From assembly GCA_965215015.1 (NCBI GenBank), contig OZ244042.1:5600001-5664000 (forward strand): 64,000 bases of DNA, written 5' to 3'. Positions 1 to 8,863 of the stretch are shown piece after piece. The notes beneath the pieces were generated by a model, which ran no database searches, was not told the DNA's origin, and saw only the letters and a program-made list of their open reading frames with translations. How positions within the stretch are numbered: position 1 is the stretch's first letter; every line of letters starts with the position of its first letter. The position numbers and the translations under genes were made by a program. The stretch comes from Candidatus Poribacteria bacterium. GTDB lineage: Bacteria; Poribacteria; WGA-4E; PCPOR2b.

Positions 1-150
1 CCCATCTCCATCGTTAAGTGTAAAATCTGGTGCCGTCATGCCAACTTTCAGGTCTTTAAATATTTCCATCTGTTTCTCCTTCGCGTTTATTACGTTGATA
101 ACTATAAATGTAGCAACAATTGTAATGCAGAACATTGAAATACGTGACAT
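1..150 (-). CDS. Exported AhpC/TSA (redoxin) family protein, 5' part (runs off the window start)
   Basis: Not in the ORF track. AGGAGG RBS (157-162, minus strand) precedes the ATG at 150. Translation MSRISMFCITIVATFIVINVINAKEKQMEIFKDLKVGMTAPDFTLNDGDG has a signal-like N-terminus followed by the 'LKVG..APDFTL' redoxin start. A second RBS and ATG lie at 69. Confidence 0.75.
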   Translation of the reverse strand, partial: MSRISMFCITIVATFIVINVINAKEKQMEIFKDLKVGMTAPDFTLNDGDG

Positions 151-246
151 TGTGTACCTCCTGTCGGCATTCAAGGATTTACAGGATAACAACCCTATAT
201 GAATCTTGACCGACAAGACTTCGAGGGTTCAACGGTGTAAATCCTG

Positions 247-334
247 AATGTACGAATGAACTCTTCTTTAATGAACCGATGAGCTGTTGAATAATGTGGC
301 AACGACAACCTCACCAACTCGCACCAAAGGTTAT
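247..334. repeat. ~88-bp dispersed repeat, copy 1 (copy 2 at 25971-26059)
   Basis: aatgtacgaatgaact...aacgacaacctcaccaactcgcaccaaaggttat occurs at both sites, each abutting the stop codon of a minus-strand gene. Confidence 0.85.
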
Positions 335-1635
335 CACTTCCGCAGCGTCTCCAAAACGTCGAAGAAAGTTGGGAAGGTTTTGCTCACACAACCGGGGTCT
401 TTGATCCGAATACCCGGCACTTTTAAGCCGATTAATGAAAACCCCATCGCAACCCGGTGGTCTTTATATGTTTCGATTTCCGCGGGCATAATTTGAGCGG
501 GTGAAATCTCAACGCCATCTTGACGTTCAACGACTGGGACACCCAGTTTTCGGAGCTCTGTGACCATGGCGTGGATGCGATCTGTTTCTTGATGGCGCGT
601 ATGTTCGATATTCCGAATGGTCACCGGACTCTCTGCGAAAGGTGCAATTGCGGCGAGGGTCAGCGATGTGTCGGAGATTGCTTTCATATCCAGATTAATC
701 CCCTTGAGTCGATCTGGTCCGATGACTTCAATAGCATCGGCGCAGCGTTTCACTTGACAACCCATCTGTTCTAGGACATTGACAAACTGGACATCTCCCT
801 GTGCGGAATCAGGGCTCAGGTTGGTTACTCGAACGCGACCACCGGTGATCGCAGCGGCAGCAAAGAAATAGGACGCATTGGAAGCGTCTGGCTCAACGGC
901 GTATTCGCGGGGTTGGTAGTGCTGCCCGCCCTCAATATAAAAGGATTTGTAGCTGTCGTGAGTTACGTCTACACCAAACGCTTTCATCACTGAGGTGGTG
1001 ATGTCAATGTAAGGGGTCTTCATTTCTCCCACGACCTCAATCGCTATCCCTTTTTCGGCATAGGGGGCAACGAGCATCAGCGAAGTCAAGAACTGACTGC
1101 TTTTGGTGGCATCGAGGCAGGTTTTTCCACCCTTGAGTCCGTTTGCCCGAACAATTAACGGCAGAAAGTCGTTATCGAATTTTGAACGGACGTCAACGTC
1201 GAGCTGTTTAAGCGCATCAAGTAACTCCGAGATAGGACGACTCCGGCGCATCGGCGCGTCGCCATCAATGATAAATTCGCCGTTGCCGAGCGCAACGTAG
1301 CTGACGAGCGGGCGTGCTGCTGTGCCCGCATTGCCGATGTAAAGTTCAGCGTGATTGACGGGGATTTTCCCGCCATTTCCAACTATTTCAAATGTGCATC
1401 CTTCCTCATCTGCCTCAATCTCAACGCCGAGTTTTTGCAATGCCCCGCACATATAGTGAGTGTCATCGCTGAAAAGGGCACCTATTAATCGAGAACGTCC
1501 TTCAGCGAGTGCGGCAACGAGCAACGCCCGATTCGTGTAGCTCTTTGAACCGGGCACTGTGACTGTGGTGTTGATTGGTTTCTGGATGGGTTGGATTTCG
1601 ATCATTGACGGATTTTCTCTATTTTTCGACTTCAA
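334..1635 (-). CDS. aroA: 3-phosphoshikimate 1-carboxyvinyltransferase (EPSP synthase)
   Basis: Motifs PGSKSYTNR, GNAGTAAR, SSQF, ETDRI and DHRVAM. The real start may be at 1605. Confidence 0.97.
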   Translation of the reverse strand: MKSKNRENPSMIEIQPIQKPINTTVTVPGSKSYTNRALLVAALAEGRSRLIGALFSDDTHYMCGALQKLGVEIEADEEGCTFEIVGNGGKIPVNHAELYIGNAGTAARPLVSYVALGNGEFIIDGDAPMRRSRPISELLDALKQLDVDVRSKFDNDFLPLIVRANGLKGGKTCLDATKSSQFLTSLMLVAPYAEKGIAIEVVGEMKTPYIDITTSVMKAFGVDVTHDSYKSFYIEGGQHYQPREYAVEPDASNASYFFAAAAITGGRVRVTNLSPDSAQGDVQFVNVLEQMGCQVKRCADAIEVIGPDRLKGINLDMKAISDTSLTLAAIAPFAESPVTIRNIEHTRHQETDRIHAMVTELRKLGVPVVERQDGVEISPAQIMPAEIETYKDHRVAMGFSLIGLKVPGIRIKDPGCVSKTFPTFFDVLETLRK

Positions 1636-2527
1636 TCAGTCCATGTTCGGTCAGCAGTTCCTGTAATGCACCCTTCGCCGCATCGTCCACCGGCAGGAGG
1701 GGACTAGTGGTGTAATGACCGCAGACACAGAGAAGTTCCATGCAGGCTTTTAGGCAACTGATTGCTGCGCCATAGCCGTAGAGTTTGCTCAAGTCAAGGA
1801 TTTGCTTCTGCAGGCGATGGACTTCATCAACCTGTCGAGCCTTCGCTGCATTATACAACTGAACGGAGGTTCTCGGATCGACGTTGGAGATTGAGATGAC
1901 GGCACCTGCTGCCCCGAACAGGATTGCTGCGCCCGCCAACGTATACGAGCCGAGCATAATCGAGAAATCCTCATTGTCACCGAGGTATGCAAGCATTTTG
2001 AGAAAGTTCGTCCAATCCCCGGAGCTATCCTTGATTCCGACGATGTTTTCCACACCCTCTGCTAAATCGCGGACAACTTCCGGTGGAATTGCGGTTTTCA
2101 CCATCACCGGGATATTGTAGATAACTACCGGCAAATCGGTACTTTGAGCGATAGTCTTGTAGAAATCGACAATGTCGGCATCGCCGATTGATGGGTAGTA
2201 GTAGGGTGGGGTTGCCGCAACAGCATTAATCTTAAATTCCTGTGCGATTTCAATATTCTGGACGACCCGCTGGGTGCTTGAATCCATGACGCCGCAGATA
2301 ATCGGGACACGCCCCCCGACCGTGTGGGCGGCAATTTCGATTGCGCGTTGACGTTCTGCATTTGTCAGCGTCGTGAACTCTCCTGAGGTGCCGAGTAGGT
2401 AAATGCCGTGCACACCGTTATCGATTAGACGGTTGAGATGCTTCACAAACCCCAACTCATCAATCCGTTCCTTTTCGTCCAAAGGCGTTATCGTCGGTGT
2501 CAGAATGCCTTCAAATCGTCCCTTCAT
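1619..2527 (-). CDS. Dihydrodipicolinate synthase/N-acetylneuraminate lyase family aldolase
   Basis: Motifs GTSGEF, YNIP and the GIKDSSG Schiff-base Lys. An AGGAG RBS precedes the ATG at 2527. Confidence 0.9.
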   Translation of the reverse strand: MKGRFEGILTPTITPLDEKERIDELGFVKHLNRLIDNGVHGIYLLGTSGEFTTLTNAERQRAIEIAAHTVGGRVPIICGVMDSSTQRVVQNIEIAQEFKINAVAATPPYYYPSIGDADIVDFYKTIAQSTDLPVVIYNIPVMVKTAIPPEVVRDLAEGVENIVGIKDSSGDWTNFLKMLAYLGDNEDFSIMLGSYTLAGAAILFGAAGAVISISNVDPRTSVQLYNAAKARQVDEVHRLQKQILDLSKLYGYGAAISCLKACMELLCVCGHYTTSPLLPVDDAAKGALQELLTEHGLIEVEK

Positions 2528-2626
2528 GGTGCTTTTCTCCTTGATGACCTGCCATATCAATGGTACTTCTTAAGCGATTGAATCGCTTCCTGTACCTGTG
2601 CTGAAATTTCTGATGGAACACGCGGG

Positions 2627-3496
2627 TTAAATGGCCCCCCCTGTGCCGCCTACAATATCGCTAAAACCGCTGAGGTTCATCGCTTCTATCACAGCGGAAT
2701 AGTTATAGAGGCGTTCATTCATGAAGCGAATTTCTTCAAGAGCGAAGATGTCGGCCTCAATTTGGCCAGATGTTTCATAATCACCACGACGTTGGGCGTT
2801 GTTGATCTCATCGGAAGCGCGGGCGCATAAGACGGCGATCCCTGACGTATGCCCTTTCGTACCGAGTTCCGCCGGGCGTGTGCATCGATCTCCGATACCC
2901 CAAACGACGAGTCCACTGTCCCCTACACCATCAATGACTGGCTCTACATCTTCTACACCTGTACCAATCTTCACACCGATAAAGTGTGGTGAATTATTGA
3001 CCAGACGAATCATCGCCTCAAGTTCACGTTTCTGGCGGAAATAGTAAAGGAATCGCGCACCGCAGGATTCGCCGTACTTTTCGCCAAACCTCATGTACTG
3101 TTGATATATGCCTTCGGGGTTTGATATTCCTGTTAAAGGCATTATCAGGTACACATCGGGTGGACGCTGTAAGTTGGACTGCGCTTCGATGAGTTTCCCC
3201 GCGTCCCCGATCGGGTTCGGCACAATACCTGACATCAGAATGCCATCACCCGCCATCTCGATACCCGTGGCGTCCATGACACGAGTTTGCTCCTCCAAGC
3301 TGACGTGATGGATGAGGCTTGTCCCGGCGATTGCGATTACCCGTTTTCGATTGCCTTCGAGATAGTTGTTCTGCATTAAGTAGTTGATATTTTTCGTATG
3401 CCCTGCGTAGTCGATTTCGCTATCTTTGAAGGGGATGATTGGAATGGCTGTCACAGAATCTAAAGCGTCTAAAAGGGTTGGTGTATCAATAGACAT
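2627..3496 (-). CDS. Divergent DHDPS-family class I aldolase/dehydratase; C-terminus apparently frameshifted at a G7 run
   Basis: Motifs IPIIPF..EIDY, AGTS and GVKIG. With G6 instead of G7 at 2635-2641 the ORF would continue PFNPRVPSEISAQVQEAIQSLKKYH* to 2557. Confidence 0.75.
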   Translation of the reverse strand: MSIDTPTLLDALDSVTAIPIIPFKDSEIDYAGHTKNINYLMQNNYLEGNRKRVIAIAGTSLIHHVSLEEQTRVMDATGIEMAGDGILMSGIVPNPIGDAGKLIEAQSNLQRPPDVYLIMPLTGISNPEGIYQQYMRFGEKYGESCGARFLYYFRQKRELEAMIRLVNNSPHFIGVKIGTGVEDVEPVIDGVGDSGLVVWGIGDRCTRPAELGTKGHTSGIAVLCARASDEINNAQRRGDYETSGQIEADIFALEEIRFMNERLYNYSAVIEAMNLSGFSDIVGGTGGAI

Positions 3497-3640
3497 AGAT
3501 ATTCTCCCGTTAATCTAAATTTGAACTAATACTTTCTGATTGATTAACAATTTTATTAATGGGTTAAGTTTAGCAGAATTTTCCCACGATGTCAATGCTC
3601 AACATTTCCCTTGCCAGGGCAATTGTATGTAAATATTGTG

Positions 3641-3880
3641 TAGGACTTACGCACTTCAATTGCGAAAATCATCTCCTGTTTCCGCCACGGATTGTCCCCC
3701 TGCTTGCGGGGGGATAGGGGGGATTCTTAGGGGGGTGCCGGGGGAAAATCCTTACCCCCGGCCCCGTAAACGGGGAGAAGAAGGCGTATGCCTATGATTT
3801 TGGCAGAGGGCAATGGAAATCTAATCGTGGACACAGGTTTCCAACCTGTGATCGCCCGCAAATTAGAAAATCCGCGCTAC
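3641..3880. repeat. Cluster of miniature repeats (TAGGACTTACGCA end, CCCCC..GGGGG hairpins, REP-like palindrome)
   Basis: taggacttacgca at 3641, tccccctgcttgcgggggga at ~3695 and cacaggtttccaacctgtg at ~3832. Related motifs recur across the window. Confidence 0.65.
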
Positions 3881-3953
3881 AACAGAGATTAACCCAAGGT
3901 TCTGATTGCCCAATTGCCTAATTGCTATAATAGATGCAATTCCCCTATTTCCC

Positions 3954-3982
3954 TTGCAAAAATAGATTAATTGTGCTATAAT
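3954..3982 (+). promoter_or_regulatory. sigma70-type promoter of the pyr operon
   Basis: TTGCAA-17 nt-TATAAT with an extended -10 TG. A second TG-n-TATAAT lies at 3923-3931. Confidence 0.75.
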
Positions 3983-4021
3983 TAGATGAGTTTCAGGGCA
4001 GCAGTGTACGCGGAAAATTTT

Positions 4022-4056
4022 CCCTTTTAATCTGATCCCGTGAGGTTAGGAAAGGG
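4022..4056 (+). promoter_or_regulatory. PyrR-binding RNA hairpin (anti-antiterminator) of the pyr attenuator
   Basis: cccttttaa-tctgatcccgtgaggttagg-aaaggg resembles the PyrR site consensus (UUUAA ... UCCnGnGAGGYU). It lies between the promoter and a terminator, upstream of pyrR. Confidence 0.8.
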
Positions 4057-4111
4057 TGTCAAACATGATTTACGGCTATACCTATCTCTCAAAATCTATT
4101 GGATTGTCGGT

Positions 4112-4145
4112 GCCTCCCTCTTTTTGTTGTAGGGGAGGCTTTTTT
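4112..4145 (+). terminator. Intrinsic terminator of the pyr leader (attenuator)
   Basis: gcctccc...gggaggc stem followed by T6, 20 nt before the first ORF. Confidence 0.8.
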
Positions 4146-4165
4146 ATGCCCGGATTTAATGCCCG

Positions 4166-4744
4166 ATGAATGCACAAGCTGTATTGGATTTCATTGAAGA
4201 GATTGGCGTTCTCAAAAATCTATCACGTACCGGTTGGCGTTTTCGCGGTATCAAGGATGCTGAGAGTGTCGCGGATCACTGCTATCGGGTATCACTTTTG
4301 GCGATGATTCTGTCAGATGTGTTGACGGAGCAGGACGTTCCGTTGGACGTGGAAAAGGTGATGCGCATCGCATTGTTGCACGAAGTCGCTGAGGCACGGA
4401 TTGGGGATTTGCCGTTTCCAGCCCTCAAATATATTCCCGAGGACCTCAAGGTGGCGGGGGAACGCGCTGCTGTCGAGTCGATGTTTGAAAGCTTTGGCCC
4501 ACTCCAACAAAAGTATATCCGACTTTGGGAGGAGTTTGAGCAAGGGACATCTATTGAGGGAAAGTTAGTGCGGGCTGCTGATAAACTTGAGTTGATGATT
4601 CAAGTCTTGGAATACGAAAAAATTGGCTATCGATCGTTGGATGAATTTTGGGTGAACCCTTGGAATTATCGGAATTTTGAGGATTCTCCACTGATACAGG
4701 AGATTATGGACCTCCTGTATCAAAGGCGGGAAGATTTAGCTTAA
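4166..4744 (+). CDS. HD-domain hydrolase (YfbR/HDDC2-like 5'-deoxynucleotidase family)
   Basis: Motifs RTGW, ESVADH, ALLHE (HD variant), GD, WEEFE and ADKLE. Confidence 0.88.
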   Translation: MNAQAVLDFIEEIGVLKNLSRTGWRFRGIKDAESVADHCYRVSLLAMILSDVLTEQDVPLDVEKVMRIALLHEVAEARIGDLPFPALKYIPEDLKVAGERAAVESMFESFGPLQQKYIRLWEEFEQGTSIEGKLVRAADKLELMIQVLEYEKIGYRSLDEFWVNPWNYRNFEDSPLIQEIMDLLYQRREDLA

Positions 4745-4768
4745 AGATTGTTGATGCAAGGGGGTGTG

Positions 4769-5323
4769 ATGCAAATGCGTGAGAAGACACAAGTGATGAC
4801 AGCGGAAGACATTCGGCGATCGGTGGTCCGCATATCACATGAGATTTTGGAGCGAAATCATCAAGAAATTGCCGATCTGGCGGTCATTGGCGTTAAAAGT
4901 CGCGGAGATCATCTTGCACATCGAATCGCTGAAAACCTGGAGCGAACTGAGGGGATTAAAGTGCCGGTCGGCGTCGTTGATGTGCGGCTCTATCGAGATG
5001 ATGTGAACCTGTATGATGAAACGATTAAAGTGAATCGCACAGAGATCCCGTTTGATCCCACAGCAAAGCGTGTTATCTTGGTTGATGAAGTTCTTTACAC
5101 TGGACGCACGGTCCGCGCTGCGATGGACGCGGTCATGGATTTTGGACGTCCCGCAGCGATTCAGTTAGCGGTTCTGATTGACCGGGGCCATCGTGAACTC
5201 CCGATTGCGGCGGACTACATCGGCAAGAACATCCCGACCTCGCGCAAGGAGATTGTTCGCGTTCAATTGGTTGAAGAGGATGGGGTTGACCGGGCAGTGA
5301 TCTACGAGGAGGACGGTTCATGA
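4769..5323 (+). CDS. pyrR: Bifunctional pyr attenuation regulator/uracil phosphoribosyltransferase
   Basis: Motifs RISHEILERN, LYRDD, LVDEVLYTGRT and DRGHRELPI. The start may be 4769 or 4775. Confidence 0.95.
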   Translation: MQMREKTQVMTAEDIRRSVVRISHEILERNHQEIADLAVIGVKSRGDHLAHRIAENLERTEGIKVPVGVVDVRLYRDDVNLYDETIKVNRTEIPFDPTAKRVILVDEVLYTGRTVRAAMDAVMDFGRPAAIQLAVLIDRGHRELPIAADYIGKNIPTSRKEIVRVQLVEEDGVDRAVIYEEDGS

Positions 5324-6588
5324 GTCGGATACTCATCCGTAACGGCCGCATTCTTGACCCTGCCAACCAGATTGACGCTACCGGAGATCTCCTGATTTGT
5401 GATGGGAAAATCGATCGAATCGGCGACCGAATTGACATTGAGGCTTCTCAAACCGTTGATGCAACGGGCTTGATTGTTACGCCGGGCTTGATTGATATGC
5501 ACGTTCATCTCCGAGAACCCGGATTTGAGCATAAGGAGACAATTGCATCAGGCACCCGTGCGGCGGCGGCTGGCGGGTTTACGTCCGTTGCGTGCATGGC
5601 GAATACCAATCCGGTGGCAGATTCACCGGAGGTCATCGAATTGATACGGTCGCAAGCGCGGAAAGAAGGTGTGACGAATGTGTTTCCAATCGGCAGTATC
5701 ACGAAAAATCTCGATGGCGAGGTATTGACGGATGCACCAGTGTTGTTAGCGGCTGGTGCTGTTGGGCTATCGGATGATGGTAAAACGGTCATGGATGCCG
5801 GGTTGATGCGCGATGTGTTGGCGTTAAGCGCGAAATACACTTTCCCCGTCATGGTCCACTGCCAAGAACATGACCTTGACATGGGAGCAGTCATGAACCT
5901 CGGCGAAACGTCGCGTCGATTGAATCTACCCGGAAGCCCCAACGCTGCGGAAGATATTATCGTTGCCCGCGACATTATGTTAGCCGAGTTGACCGGTGGC
6001 CACCTCCATATTCTCCACGTTAGCACGGCGGGATCCGTCGGGCTTGTCCGTTGGGGTAAACGCAGAGGGGTCAACGTAACCGCTGAAGCGATGCCGCATC
6101 ACTTTACGCTCACTGACGCAGCGATCGAAGAACATGGTGTGAACGCTAAGATGCACCCGCCCTTGCGTACACAGACTGACGTTGATGCCGTCATCGAAGG
6201 GATCAAGGACGGCACACTCGATGCGATTGCCACAGATCACGCGCCACATGCCCCATTTGAAAAGGCACAGGGTATGCTTGACGCGCCGCCGGGTATCATC
6301 GGATTGGAGACCTGCGTGCCGCTTGTGTTTGACCGACTGATCCACCCGGGGCAGATCACGTTAGCGGAGGCGATAGCGAAAATGACCTGCGTTCCGGCCA
6401 AGATTCTACAAATCGATCGTGGGACGCTATCAATCGGCGCGGTCGCTGATGTGACGCTGATAGATCCGGAGAAGGTAGCGACGGTGGATGTGACGCAGTC
6501 TCCCTCCAAAAGCCGCAATACACCTTTCAACGATTGGGAATTGAAAGGGTGGCCCGTGATGACTATTCGGGACGGTATTGTTAGGTAA
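5320..6588 (+). CDS. pyrC: Dihydroorotase (class I)
   Basis: Motifs DMHVHLREPG, HILHVST and ATDHAPH. ATGA overlap with pyrR. Confidence 0.95.
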   Translation: MSRILIRNGRILDPANQIDATGDLLICDGKIDRIGDRIDIEASQTVDATGLIVTPGLIDMHVHLREPGFEHKETIASGTRAAAAGGFTSVACMANTNPVADSPEVIELIRSQARKEGVTNVFPIGSITKNLDGEVLTDAPVLLAAGAVGLSDDGKTVMDAGLMRDVLALSAKYTFPVMVHCQEHDLDMGAVMNLGETSRRLNLPGSPNAAEDIIVARDIMLAELTGGHLHILHVSTAGSVGLVRWGKRRGVNVTAEAMPHHFTLTDAAIEEHGVNAKMHPPLRTQTDVDAVIEGIKDGTLDAIATDHAPHAPFEKAQGMLDAPPGIIGLETCVPLVFDRLIHPGQITLAEAIAKMTCVPAKILQIDRGTLSIGAVADVTLIDPEKVATVDVTQSPSKSRNTPFNDWELKGWPVMTIRDGIVR

Positions 6589-6636
6589 AACGTGAAATAC
6601 AATCACAGCCTACTAACTTCCCAAGTGGGGTGAGAT

Positions 6637-7185
6637 GTGGCTAAGGACAAGCACTTCAGGAATTTACCTGCGATAGAGACCGAAAGGTTGCTTTTGAGAA
6701 CGCTGGAGATGGAGGATGCCGAGGGTATATTTGAATGGGTTTCAGACCCACAGGTGACAACGTACCTCTTCTGGCGGGCCCACCAATCGATAGAAGACAG
6801 TAGAGACTTTATTTCATGGGTAACGACCGATAATTTCGCGTGTTGGGGTGTTGTCCTGGCCGAAGACAATAAGATCATCGGAAACTGCTTCTTGCATAAC
6901 GTGAACTTTGAACACAAAAGGGCAGAGATCGCCTTCAATATTGGTCGAAAGTATTGGGGGAAGGGTTATGCTACTGAGACTGCTCAGGCGATTATCCAAT
7001 TCGGTTTTGGATATTGGCAGCTCAATCGAATTGAAGGGACCTGCATGGTCAAGAACCATGCTTCCGCTCGCGTGATGGAGAAAGCTGGTATGACCCTTGA
7101 GGGGGTCTTGCGAAAGTATGTCTACGTTAAGGGACAGTTTCACGATATGAAGTTGTACTCAATTCTGAGATCCGACTCGCAATAG
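6637..7185 (+). CDS. RimJ/RimL-family GNAT N-acetyltransferase
   Basis: Motifs IETERLLLR, YWGKGYATE, N.ASARVMEKAGM and EGVLR. Confidence 0.9.
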   Translation: MAKDKHFRNLPAIETERLLLRTLEMEDAEGIFEWVSDPQVTTYLFWRAHQSIEDSRDFISWVTTDNFACWGVVLAEDNKIIGNCFLHNVNFEHKRAEIAFNIGRKYWGKGYATETAQAIIQFGFGYWQLNRIEGTCMVKNHASARVMEKAGMTLEGVLRKYVYVKGQFHDMKLYSILRSDSQ

Positions 7186-7200
7186 ATAAAGAGCTAGCCA

Positions 7201-8685
7201 ATGAATCTAAATCAACTCTACTATGGCGACAATCTAGACATTTTACGAACCCACATCCCCGACGAAAGCGTCGATCTCATCTACATTGATCCGCCGTTCA
7301 ACTCGAATCAAGCGTACAACGTGATTTTCAGCGAAGCGGATGGATCGTCATCACAGGCGCAGATTCAAGCTTTTGAGGATACATGGCGTTGGGGTGAAAC
7401 CACAGAGCAGGCATATCATGAGTTGGTCGGGACCGCGCCACCCCTTCTGGTTGAGACAATCAAGAGTTTTCGGGGCTTCCTTACAGAGACCAACCTGATG
7501 GCGTACCTCGTGATGATGGCGTTGCGATTGGTGGAGCTCCACCGCGTCCTGAAGCCGACGGGGAGTTTTTATCTCCATTGCGACCCGACAGCATCGCATT
7601 ATCTGAAGATTATCTTGGATCAGATTTTTGGCGTTGAGAATTTTCGGAATGAAATTGTGTGGTGCTACAAGAGGTGGCCTTCAAAACAGACCAACTTTCA
7701 GAAAATGCACGACGTTATTCTGAGATATGGGAAATCCGAAGATATTATCTGGAATCAACTTTACGATGACTTTACGGAACAAACAAAAAAGCGAATAAAA
7801 GGTGCAAAAAAGATTGAGCATTATGTAGGTAAGTCTGGCAAAGTACTGATACGCCCTACTAACGAAGTCTCTCCCGGTGTTGCAATGTGTGACTATTGGA
7901 ATATCCCTATGATAGCAGGGCAGGCAAAAGAACGTCTCGGCTATCCCACCCAAAAGCCGGAAGCTCTGCTCAAACGGATTATCAAAGCGTCCTCGAATGA
8001 GGGAGATGTCGTCCTTGATGCGTTTTGTGGATGTGGAACAGCTATCGCTGTTGCTCAACGGCTTAACCGTCGGTGGATTGGAGTTGACATCACCCACCTT
8101 GCTGTTGCTTTATTGAAATATCGCCTTGCCGATACCTTTGGTGATGATGTGAAATACGAAATCATCGGTGAACCAAAAGACACAGCAAGCGCGAAGGCTC
8201 TAGCGGTTCAAGATCGGTATCAATTCCAGTGGTGGGCGTTGAGTCTGATTCGAGCGAGACCTTATCAAGGAAAAAAGAAGGGCGCAGACGAGGGGGTGGA
8301 TGGGGTAATCTATTATGAAGATGTTGACCCGGACAACCCGAAAAAGACACTCACCCGGAAGATTGTCGTTCAGGTCAAAAGCGGAAAGGTCTCTGTCAGG
8401 GATATACGGGAACTGAAATCGGTTGTCGAGACCCAAGACGCTGTCATCGGGGTCTTTATCACGCTGAACCCGCCGACCCAACCGATGGTCAAGGCAGCGG
8501 CGGCAGCGGGTCGTTTTCAATGGCTTCATGTCAATCATACGACATATCCAAAGATTCAGATTCGGACGATTGAGGAGCTGCTTTCGGGACACGGTATCGA
8601 ATATCCGCAGACACCTGTTGATGTCACATTCCGCAGGGCAGAGCGAGCAGCCCTCCAAAGTCAGCAACTTGAAATAGAGACATGA
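7201..8685 (+). CDS. Beta-class N6-A/N4-C DNA methyltransferase fused to a C-terminal Mrr-like endonuclease domain, copy 1
   Basis: Motifs YYGDNL, IDPPF (motif IV), GYPTQKP and DAFCGCGT (motif I). The C-terminal GADEGVDG..IVVQVKSG matches Mrr-like PD-(D/E)xK nucleases. Confidence 0.9.
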   Translation: MNLNQLYYGDNLDILRTHIPDESVDLIYIDPPFNSNQAYNVIFSEADGSSSQAQIQAFEDTWRWGETTEQAYHELVGTAPPLLVETIKSFRGFLTETNLMAYLVMMALRLVELHRVLKPTGSFYLHCDPTASHYLKIILDQIFGVENFRNEIVWCYKRWPSKQTNFQKMHDVILRYGKSEDIIWNQLYDDFTEQTKKRIKGAKKIEHYVGKSGKVLIRPTNEVSPGVAMCDYWNIPMIAGQAKERLGYPTQKPEALLKRIIKASSNEGDVVLDAFCGCGTAIAVAQRLNRRWIGVDITHLAVALLKYRLADTFGDDVKYEIIGEPKDTASAKALAVQDRYQFQWWALSLIRARPYQGKKKGADEGVDGVIYYEDVDPDNPKKTLTRKIVVQVKSGKVSVRDIRELKSVVETQDAVIGVFITLNPPTQPMVKAAAAAGRFQWLHVNHTTYPKIQIRTIEELLSGHGIEYPQTPVDVTFRRAERAALQSQQLEIET

Positions 8686-8863
8686 TAACCTCGTGGCTAT
8701 CTATTTGGAGAAGCCGGGTTTTGTCAGGTTCTCCTACTGCTAATGAACAACAGAAGTCACAATGAGGTAAAGATTTGTTTAGACGTTGTGCCTTTGCAAC
8801 CTGGCGTTAAATTCTGCTTCGTTCTCCCGTTTTTCCGAATTGCAACAGATAAAGAGCTAGCCG

